64,000 bases of DNA. Source: Histomonas meleagridis 2922-C6/04-290x (taxonomy: Eukaryota > Protista > Parabasalia). The DNA is taken from contig JAANOX010000273.1 in NCBI GenBank assembly GCA_020184695.1, forward strand, positions 124,001 to 188,000. The letters run 5' to 3'. Positions 1 through 8,524 of this stretch are shown piece after piece. The position numbers and the translations under genes were made by a program. Every line of letters starts with the position of its first letter. The first letter of the stretch is position 1. Under the pieces are notes generated by a model. The model had not been told where the DNA came from and did not search any database. It saw nothing but the letters and a program-made list of their open reading frames with translations.

Positions 1-793
1 CTTATCAAACGAATTAAAAATCAAATATTCAGTGAAAGAAGAAGAAATTCCAAAATTAAGAACAATTGCAAATGATCCAAATTTACCATTTTACAATATA
101 ATTGATCCGAATAAAGAAGAAATTACAATTTCGGATAAAACATTTTTATTGTTACAAAGAAACTTTACTTATTCAACAATCGATGATCCAATCTTAATTC
201 AAGATTTCCGCAAAATTTTAAATTTAATACTAAAAATTTGTAATTGCTTCTTATTGATTATGGAATATAAAAAATCATTTAACGGAATTTATTTAGGTGT
301 AGTTACAAGGAAATGTTTAAATAATCAAATTTTAAATGAGAATTCGCCAAAAATATTTGCACAATTCCCAGGATTTGGTGGTGTTTTCTCTTCAAAGATT
401 TTCGCTGCGGGTATTCATACATATAATGAATTCGCTGATATCAAGAAAGAACAATTAAAAAATATAATTGGAAGATCTGTTACATCTTTGTATGAAAAAT
501 TGAAGAAATTACCAAAATACAAAGTAACTTTAGAAAAAGAAAATGACTCTTATAGATTGGATTTGTATAATGAAGGTGGTTTTATAATTGATGGAGCTGA
601 ACATTTCTTATATTTATTGGTTGGAAACAAAACTGATGATTCAGTCTACTTCTATGAGAAGTTAAACAATGTCGGAATAGAACTACAAACATTCCATTTT
701 TCGGTTCCAGAATATGTAAATTTATCAGACGTGAAAGTTGAAATATTAGATTCAAAATACGTTGGAATTGTTCAAGAATTAACTCTTCAATAA
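1..793 (+). CDS. C-terminal part (Sec63 domain) of a Ski2-like helicase (Mer3/HFM1- or Brr2/ASCC3-type); 5' end lies outside the window
   Basis: The frame is open from base 2 (LSNELKIKYSVKEEE...), so the GTG at 32 is not the start. It contains a Sec63-like HhH segment FAQFPGFGGVFSSKIFAAGIHTYNEFADIKKEQLKNIIG followed by a beta-rich FN3/Ig-like tail. Confidence 0.65.
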   Translation, partial: LSNELKIKYSVKEEEIPKLRTIANDPNLPFYNIIDPNKEEITISDKTFLLLQRNFTYSTIDDPILIQDFRKILNLILKICNCFLLIMEYKKSFNGIYLGVVTRKCLNNQILNENSPKIFAQFPGFGGVFSSKIFAAGIHTYNEFADIKKEQLKNIIGRSVTSLYEKLKKLPKYKVTLEKENDSYRLDLYNEGGFIIDGAEHFLYLLVGNKTDDSVYFYEKLNNVGIELQTFHFSVPEYVNLSDVKVEILDSKYVGIVQELTLQ

Positions 794-855
794 AATTACT
801 GATTTGCTATTGTTTTTGTCTGAACATTTTTTGGAAAATACGTTAATTAGTATTA

Positions 856-1356
856 ATGTCTGATATAGATATCCTTAAACTGAAGGAAATGTTTGATGAG
901 ATAACGCCTGCTAAGGAAGAAGAAGAACAGCAGGAAGAATTTCAACAAGTGATTGAACCAAAAGAAAAAGAATCTTTTTGGGATGATGATGAAATTACAC
1001 CAATTGGATTTTATAAGGATACTTCTGATCAAAGACCTGAACCAACGTATACAATTTATTACAGACAGAATGTAGGAACTGAAGATGTTTATCTTGGATT
1101 AGGAATGAAAACTCCTTCAATTTCAGAATCAGATACCGCTGTGATAAAAGTTAATTTAGATGACACTGTTTTGGATGATATTGATCTTAATGTTCAAAAT
1201 GGATATCTTGATCTTCGTTGTCCAAAATATAGACTTACTATGAAATTAGATTACCCAACACGTGATAACGAAACACAAGCAAAGTGGAACAACGATGAAA
1301 AACTACTCACAATTGAAATACCTCTTAATCCTATGCAAGTCAAAATTGTTTCATAA
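856..1356 (+). CDS. DNAAF6: Dynein axonemal assembly factor PIH1D3/DNAAF6 (Twister)-like
   Basis: Motif PEPTYTIYYRQNVGTEDVYLGL followed by a CS-like domain (IKVNLDD...YLDLRCPKYRL...AKWNNDEKLLTIEI) matches the PIH1D3 family pattern. Confidence 0.85.
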   Translation: MSDIDILKLKEMFDEITPAKEEEEQQEEFQQVIEPKEKESFWDDDEITPIGFYKDTSDQRPEPTYTIYYRQNVGTEDVYLGLGMKTPSISESDTAVIKVNLDDTVLDDIDLNVQNGYLDLRCPKYRLTMKLDYPTRDNETQAKWNNDEKLLTIEIPLNPMQVKIVS

Positions 1357-1572
1357 AGGCTATATGGCGCTAATAGGAAGGGAAATGTTTTCTACTTAAG
1401 TTGAAAATCCAAATGAATCACATAAATTATTTGTTATAATGAATTTGAATTTGTTTATAAAAGAAGAAAATAAATGGATAAATGTTTGAATTTATAGATA
1501 AATAAACATTTACAGAACAAAATAAATGGCTTATATAGTTTGATTTCGTGATTTTAATCTTGGCCGATCAAA

Positions 1573-1580
1573 AACGGTTA
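1573..1580 (+). promoter_or_regulatory. M3-like (Myb-like) trichomonad core promoter element upstream of NOP10
   Basis: AACGGTTA fits the T. vaginalis M3 consensus DRCSGYTD and lies about 30 nt before the ATG at 1608. Similar elements occur at 22980-22987 (+, RPS30) and 19536-19543 (-, coiled-coil gene). Confidence 0.45.
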
Positions 1581-1607
1581 AAACTGTTTTTAAAGGACCA
1601 ACAACAA

Positions 1608-1796
1608 ATGCTCCTTCAATACTGCGACAACTGCAATAGATATACTCTCAAGACAATTTGCCCCAACTGTGGCCATGGAACAAGGTCAGCACATCCAGCA
1701 CGTTTTTCACCACAAAATCAAGAATCAGCAAACAGATACCAAACAAAGGAAAAGTATGGTCAACTTCCAACACAAAAACCAGATATCGAGTATTAA
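1608..1796 (+). CDS. NOP10: H/ACA RNP subunit Nop10 (62 aa)
   Basis: MLLQYCDNCNRYTLKTICPNCGHGTRSAHPARFSP contains the YTLK and SAHPARFSP signatures. The true start is the ATG at 1608, not the GTG at 1548. Confidence 0.95.
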   Translation: MLLQYCDNCNRYTLKTICPNCGHGTRSAHPARFSPQNQESANRYQTKEKYGQLPTQKPDIEY

Positions 1797-2605
1797 AATA
1801 CATCATTTGCATCGTTTAATAAATCATTTTAAAATCAAAAATTATTATTATTATTTTTTTTTTTGAGTCGTATAAATTTTTTATAATATCAACAACCTCA
1901 ATTTCTTATCTTCACTAAAGGGTATTAACGATTCTGTATAAAATGTTCATGTACAAAGAATTCTTAAAAGTGGAAATTGTTTGCTAATAACAAATCTCAT
2001 GAATATTTATGAGAAACTCATCATATTTTACTGCATTTTTTGATATGAATGTTTTCAAAAAATTTTGTTATGAGTTCTTGTGAAAAAAAATTTATTGGTG
2101 CATAAAACGATAAAATTTGTTACAAAAGATTTTAAATTTTTCATAGAAAGAATAGCTGACAGCACATTGAAAAAGTCAACAAGAGAAGAACAAATTCTCC
2201 GTCTCCTCTTTGATGAAAGAATGCAACAATATGTAATTCCTTCACCATACAAAAGAAGTGAAGCGATTTCCCTCTTATTTATTCTTAAATTCTTTGTTAT
2301 GATGCAACAAAAAGTTTATTCGGCGGTTTCGCTCTAAAAAGTGATGATACAATTCAAAAAGTCGAAAAATGCATCAAATCATTTCACCGATATCTCTATA
2401 AATACATTGCAATTCTGTTCTTCTTACACCGGATCGCACTGACATTTTATCCTTTTTCGTTATTTTCGTTTTCTCTCAGTGTTTGTTCATCTGTTTCATT
2501 TTTCCAGATTCCCTAAGAAAAAGTCGAAATTATTTGGCAGTTATTCCATTTTGAGCACACAGAAAATTCAATAAGAAACGTTTAAATAAACGTTATAAAA
2601 ATCTG

Positions 2606-5600
2606 ATGAAGAGAGACATGCGGAGCAAAATTCACGAAAAAAAGAACGCGATTGACAAGAGCTTCACTCGCGTTTTTGCAAAGACTCTCCGGTCCCTGTT
2701 TATCTATGTCCGCAACAATTACACGATTGGCAATTATTTCTATTACATACGAATTTTCTTTCTCATGGTGCAATTTTCCATTCCATTTCTTTCACCTCTT
2801 AATCAGCGGCTATGGGAACCCGATGCGTCGACATCTAAAATCATCAGAGTGATAACATTTTTTTCATACTATGGCGCAAACTTCTCCTCCGAAACCGGAA
2901 TTGTTATTTCGTTTATACTTTTGGCAGTTATCTTTGCTTCGTATCTTTTGTTTCTGATTGCATTTGCAATAGTCCAAAGTAAACGCGGGCGATTACCGAA
3001 GCTGATTATGTTCATTGTGTTACTGTTAGCTGATTTCATTGGACCGATTTGTTGCTCGTGGAATTTTGCTCAAGCCGGATTATTACTTGGGAAATTGATC
3101 GAACAATATGACTCGTTTTATCTCGCGGCGTTCATCTGTATCATTGCTGTCATCGTCGCGTGTTTTGTATTGTTCCAATTCTTTTGTTTCCCGTGCGTTA
3201 CATATCATCCGGCGCAATCTATTTTCTGGTGCGCGAAGTACAACATGATCACGATCTTGTTTGCCGGCATCTTCGGGTTTCTGAATCGACTATCTGATAT
3301 GCTTAACTTCATCCCATCGATTGTCATCCAATGCATATTATTAGTTTGTGGAATCATCTTTGCGATATTGTTTTATCAAGGCTTTTGGTTTATCTCTGAT
3401 ACAGAGAATTATATTTTATTAGGCATTACATTCGGGTCGATATTATTTGGTATCTTACAAATAATTCGAGACTTTGTATCCATTAATCAAAACTTAATGT
3501 TCATATTGTTACCAATTATATTAATAATATTTGTATTCGTTTCAAGGATATTATTAAAGTTACGACTTAACAAAGAATTCCAATTGTTAAATCAACTTGA
3601 AGAAACGCCGGAAGACTTTAGTTATTATATTCGATCACCAAATCAATTATTAAGTTTAGTTCGCGTTGGATTAAATTATGCACATCCATATGTATTATCA
3701 TCGGCGCCATTTAGAGATGGAACAAATACATGGCCAAACTCCAAAGATATATATGAACAATATTTACGTTTCATTGCAATATATCCAGAAGAGAATTTGA
3801 TGACAATGTTAGTCTTAGATGCGATTAAGAAACGATTTCGTAAGAATTATTACTTGAAAACGATTCGAACTATTGGCACTGCTTTGATACAAAGTCGAAA
3901 TCGACATATGACGTCACAAGTCAAATATAAATTAAAAGAATTCGATGATTATGCGCGATATTATAAGTCATTAGAAATTTCATATTGGTTATCAATATCA
4001 GAAGGATCTTCAAGCGCCGTCTATGATGTAGTTGAACAATTATTGAATCAAACAGCTGAAATAGAATCGAATTATTTACATGTGTTAAATTTATATCCAA
4101 ATAATTGGCAATTGTGCGCACATTTCGGTAAGGCACTGAAAACATTGGAAAATGATTATCAAGAAGCTTCTTTATGGTTTAGTAGAGCTTCTGCTTTAAG
4201 GAATAGTAATTTGTTCATCGATATATGTCAAGAACATGGATTAAAGACTTTTCCACATTTACCTAAATATATTAAATCACGAGAAAAACAAAATGCTCAA
4301 ATTGTAATTAATGATTCAGTTGCAAGTCGTTCTTCTTTATCAAGTCAAATATCAAAAGCTTCGACAACATTTTCATTAGAAGATGAAGAAAATGATATTA
4401 AAAATGCGGCGATTAGTAATATACGAGAAATGGGTTTAACAGCTCCAGTACCATTTATTACATCTATAATTACATTTGTTATAATATTCTTCATAATATT
4501 TTCAGTATTAATAGTGTTATTATCAACAATACCAGTAACAATTACATTATATTCATATGATAATATTTGGAGGTCTATAGATGACGCATGTAACTTATTA
4601 ACTTTAACGAGTAAAGTACATTTCTTAATGTCTTTAGACCAAGGACGAAATAAAGGATATTTATTACCTGAAGAAAATCGGAATAATAATAATATGACAA
4701 CAAAAGATATAATTGTTCAATGTTGTATTGATATAAATAATGCATTATCAGATGTAACAAGTGATATTGGATATTCATTAGATCCTAATTCGAATGGTGT
4801 TCAACGATTCTTAAAAGCAACAGTGTCATTTTGTCATGAAGAAGGAGTATATACTAATATATCATTATTAGAAGCATTTACATCATTATCAGGTTATTTG
4901 TTTCAATATGATGAAAATGTTAATGACTATTCAGAGATGGATTGGTTTTATTTCTTCCAAAAGAATTCTATTTCTGCTACTACACCATTACATACGTTTG
5001 TAAGTTTATTACATGAAGATTTCATTGATGATATTGATAATTCGACAAATATATTTTTAATTATTATTATTATTTTTACAGTTTTATCATTTTTGTTATT
5101 AATTTGTTATATATTTATGTCAATTAATGCAAAAAAGAAATATGAATGGATTATATCAACTTTCTCACATTTACCTAAATCTGCTATTCATCAATCGATA
5201 GCAAAGTTTTCTAATGCGAGTGTTCATATTGAATTATCATCAGAAGAAAGATTATATAACTCCGAGTTCATGAAAATGGCTTCATTACGTAATTCATTTG
5301 GAGGATTTCCTTTAAGTATGTTAATATTATTATTTGTTATTAATGTAATATTAACAATATTTTCAGGATATATATTATATATAATTTTAGCATTTAAGAC
5401 TGAATCATTAAGTTTAATGATGCAACGTTATACAGTTTTAGCAGAGTCAACTTCAAATGTATACTTTTATCAGTCATATGCTATCCATTATTATGGTTAT
5501 TTAATGGGTTCTCCTTTTAGAGGCGATAATATGGAAATTGCTAATTCGATGATGTTAAGTTTAGATTCATCAGTTGAAGAAACTTTTCGAGATTTAATGA

Positions 5601-7147
5601 TCGGAAGTGAAAGTGAAGAAGGGGAATTTAATACATATAGTTTTATCACTTGTGATAACTCTGGTTTAATTCAACAATTAACTGATATATCTAATAATAT
5701 ATATGAAGATGGATTAGATACTTATGATTTAATTGATCGAATTCCGGATATATCATTCATAAGTTTCATTCAAGAATTAGTACATGAAATTACTAATGAA
5801 TTTATTAGTGATTCCGTAGAAACTGGTGATACTGCAAAGGTACAATACTTAAATACTTTCATTGAAAATAGTTGGGAAACTCGAACTTGTGATAAATATT
5901 TCCCAATTTATACCGATTTTATGGGAAGTGCCGTAAGTGATGTAGCTTTATTAATATATATATTACCAATAATTTTAATTGTAGTTGAATTAGTTTTAGT
6001 TTTAATTATTATTTATATACTTGAAAAAATTAAGAAATCAGTACATTATATATTATCTACTTTAGCGATTATTGATCCAATGATAGTAGCTCAATATCAT
6101 GAATTAAGTGGTATGTTATCTGGTGTATATAATTCTGTATCACAAGATATGACTACTGCTGTAAGTTCAATTACTTCATTTAGTGAAGAAATGATTGTAA
6201 CTTTAGATAAAGAATTAAAAATCATTTCAATTAATGAATCAGCTACTACACATTGGGAACTTAAAGAAATCGATTGTATTGATGTAGCTTATCAATTAGT
6301 GTTGATATTTGAGGATGAAAATATATATAATGGAATCCAAAACTTGTTAGAACATCACGTTCCATTTGATCCAGTTTTGAATACGACGGTTACATTAATT
6401 AGCACATCAAAGAAAATCAACTGTAACGTTTTTGCTTATCCCGTTTACGAAGACAAAATATTAACAAATATTATCATTATATTACAAGACCAAACTTATA
6501 TACATGAGAAACAAGAAATCCTTCAACAATATTTAATCGAATCAGAGAAAATTAAACGTGATATCTTTCCAAAACAAATCTCGAATTTAATTGATATAGA
6601 AACAGAACCAATATTATATCAAACTAAAAACATTGTAATTATTGTTATACAAATTAATGAATTTGATGAAATTTTACAAGATCAAAATGCATTAAATACA
6701 TTTAAACAATATCGTGAGATATTTGATGAATGTATTAATAACACTGATGATGCTTCATACATTAAAACTATTGGCGTTTCAGATTATATAATATTTAATA
6801 TATCCGGTAAAATTAACGATGAAACAATTGTATTAAATACGGCTTTAAACTTTTGTAATGAGTTAAATCATCGTCTAAATCAATTAGGAATATCTATAAA
6901 AGGCGGATTGGCAAGTGACTACAACTCAACAGTCGGAATGATCACGTCAAACCATTTAAGTTTCGACGTGTTCGAACATTCGATGCACATGGCGCGAGTG
7001 TTGGCAAGAAACGCAAGTCCAAACACAATAGTGCTCGCAAATAAGGAGTCGCAAAGCGTGTTCAGAACATCGCACGTGCAACTGAGACAGAAAGAAATCA
7101 TCTTGAACACTGCGCGCTTCGCAGCTTATGAATATCCGCTGTTGTAA
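2606..7147 (+). CDS. Multi-pass membrane protein with TmcB-like TM region, PAS-like domain and C-terminal degenerate class III nucleotide cyclase domain
   Basis: 1513 aa with N-terminal TM cluster, further TM segments, PAS-like EMIVTLDKELKIISINESA, and a cyclase-fold tail (IKTIG, IKGGLASD, FDVFEHSMHMARVLARNA). This is the typical parabasalid adenylate/guanylate cyclase family architecture. Confidence 0.8.
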   Translation: MKRDMRSKIHEKKNAIDKSFTRVFAKTLRSLFIYVRNNYTIGNYFYYIRIFFLMVQFSIPFLSPLNQRLWEPDASTSKIIRVITFFSYYGANFSSETGIVISFILLAVIFASYLLFLIAFAIVQSKRGRLPKLIMFIVLLLADFIGPICCSWNFAQAGLLLGKLIEQYDSFYLAAFICIIAVIVACFVLFQFFCFPCVTYHPAQSIFWCAKYNMITILFAGIFGFLNRLSDMLNFIPSIVIQCILLVCGIIFAILFYQGFWFISDTENYILLGITFGSILFGILQIIRDFVSINQNLMFILLPIILIIFVFVSRILLKLRLNKEFQLLNQLEETPEDFSYYIRSPNQLLSLVRVGLNYAHPYVLSSAPFRDGTNTWPNSKDIYEQYLRFIAIYPEENLMTMLVLDAIKKRFRKNYYLKTIRTIGTALIQSRNRHMTSQVKYKLKEFDDYARYYKSLEISYWLSISEGSSSAVYDVVEQLLNQTAEIESNYLHVLNLYPNNWQLCAHFGKALKTLENDYQEASLWFSRASALRNSNLFIDICQEHGLKTFPHLPKYIKSREKQNAQIVINDSVASRSSLSSQISKASTTFSLEDEENDIKNAAISNIREMGLTAPVPFITSIITFVIIFFIIFSVLIVLLSTIPVTITLYSYDNIWRSIDDACNLLTLTSKVHFLMSLDQGRNKGYLLPEENRNNNNMTTKDIIVQCCIDINNALSDVTSDIGYSLDPNSNGVQRFLKATVSFCHEEGVYTNISLLEAFTSLSGYLFQYDENVNDYSEMDWFYFFQKNSISATTPLHTFVSLLHEDFIDDIDNSTNIFLIIIIIFTVLSFLLLICYIFMSINAKKKYEWIISTFSHLPKSAIHQSIAKFSNASVHIELSSEERLYNSEFMKMASLRNSFGGFPLSMLILLFVINVILTIFSGYILYIILAFKTESLSLMMQRYTVLAESTSNVYFYQSYAIHYYGYLMGSPFRGDNMEIANSMMLSLDSSVEETFRDLMIGSESEEGEFNTYSFITCDNSGLIQQLTDISNNIYEDGLDTYDLIDRIPDISFISFIQELVHEITNEFISDSVETGDTAKVQYLNTFIENSWETRTCDKYFPIYTDFMGSAVSDVALLIYILPIILIVVELVLVLIIIYILEKIKKSVHYILSTLAIIDPMIVAQYHELSGMLSGVYNSVSQDMTTAVSSITSFSEEMIVTLDKELKIISINESATTHWELKEIDCIDVAYQLVLIFEDENIYNGIQNLLEHHVPFDPVLNTTVTLISTSKKINCNVFAYPVYEDKILTNIIIILQDQTYIHEKQEILQQYLIESEKIKRDIFPKQISNLIDIETEPILYQTKNIVIIVIQINEFDEILQDQNALNTFKQYREIFDECINNTDDASYIKTIGVSDYIIFNISGKINDETIVLNTALNFCNELNHRLNQLGISIKGGLASDYNSTVGMITSNHLSFDVFEHSMHMARVLARNASPNTIVLANKESQSVFRTSHVQLRQKEIILNTARFAAYEYPLL

Positions 7148-7640
7148 ATGAATTAAAATTAATTATGTTAAAATCAATAAAAAAATTTCATTATTTCGTT
7201 TTTAAATAAATATATTCATAAGATGTTTAATATGAAAATGTTTCATAACTATGGGCAAATTATTTTTCAATATTTGAATTATTGTTTTGATGAACTCGGT
7301 TTCATGTAATAAAAATATTCTGATATATCATTATAAGTATAGAACATCTGAAAATTTCATTATTTAGTGTGAATCGATTTATTATTTAATATGTATCAAT
7401 ACATTCGATTAAATTACATTTAGAATTTTTATATAATTTCTGCTAATATTGGTTTCCATTTGTAGCAATATGACTATAGGTTTTTTAACACAGCTACATT
7501 ATTTTGATTTCATTAATGAAACATAATTAACAAGAAATACCCATATTTAGTTGAATAACTTATTATTACTTATTCAGTGATTAAGTGACGGATCTTAGGA
7601 GTTCAATATTTTCTAATTGTAATTCATTATAAACGATCGC

Positions 7641-8160
7641 TTCGGAAATAATGTTTTAACGATTGGTGGTATAGCATTTTTATTCTTTTCTGATCTAAAT
7701 ATATAAAATCTTGAAGATTCAAAATAAATCCTGCGGGATAAGATATATTGGTAATGCGGCATTTGAGAATTGCAATAGATTTAAATGTATTGATTATTAT
7801 AATGATGTAAAACCAGGTATTGAAGTAAAAAGTAATGCATTTCAACTATAGATATAACATATCAAAAATATGGACGAAAGAATTGGAAACTTGAGTGTTT
7901 CGATAGGACACACATAAGGAAACTGGATACACCTTTAAACAATTCCATTTTCTCAATCAAATACATTCTTCGAATCAAATTCATTTTATAAATCAATAAT
8001 ATTTACTTCGTCTGATGCATTTATATCATCAAATATTTTCACACCACAATTATTTCAAGGTAATTTTACGCAAAACTTTTCATATTTATTGACTATTACA
8101 TATTCAGTCCCACATTCATTTGTTTATTGTATAACACAAACACAAACAATATTAAGGTTA
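7641..8160 (+). pseudogene. Relic of the 3' end of a BspA-like LRR surface protein gene
   Basis: Interrupted frames read FGNNVLTIGGIAF, RYIGNAAFENCNRFKCIDYY and TIPFSQSNTFFESNSF. These parallel the C-terminal LRR and S/T stalk of the BspA at 26.3-33.2 kb. Several stops and frameshifts are present. Confidence 0.7.
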
Positions 8161-8299
8161 AGCAATTTTATGAATGGAAATATTTTTAACTTTACATAAA
8201 TAACATGTATTTTATATTGATATTAAAATATTATATAATTTTTGGGTTTAGTAATAGAAAAAATAAATGATTAGAAATTTTTAGAGTAAATTGCTAAGA

Positions 8300-8457
8300 T
8301 GGTGAACTCCTCATGTGCAGTTTAGGGGGGCAAACAGAAGACAGTTTAGTCACCTTCTCTCAACCCTAGTGTGGCACTGTAATCGCACAAGACAACATTG
8401 CTCGGGCACCCCACAAACCGTTATACGCGCGGTTTTTGCACCAAATCAGGTAAGTTT
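8300..8457 (-). ncRNA. U1 snRNA-like structured RNA (candidate)
   Basis: The minus strand starts AAACUUACCUG (complement of caggtaagttt, 8447-8457). It is followed by a GC-rich ~150-nt island folding by eye into a closing helix GUGCA/UGCAC enclosing three stem-loops. A canonical Sm site is not evident and the 3' end is approximate. Confidence 0.5.
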
Positions 8458-8524
8458 CAATGAAAAATCCGTTTATTGATGCATCACATTTCACAGTATA
8501 GTTAAAGTTTTCACAATAAACAGA

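Noticed and set aside
1900-2600. Overlapping short ORFs 2055-2252 (-) and 2080-2337 (+) and a coding-like minus frame with stops
   Set aside because: No recognisable motif; may be a decayed gene but it cannot be supported.
8292-8310. GCTAAGAT resembling U2 snRNA
   Set aside because: No GTAGTA branch-pairing sequence follows; an 8-nt match only.
8450-8523. Possible 74-nt 5'UTR intron (GTAAGT...CAG) before the RABL6 ATG
   Set aside because: It lacks the trichomonad branch/3' motif (ACTAAC close to the AG). The same bases are better explained as the 5' end of the minus-strand U1-like RNA. Not fully excluded.
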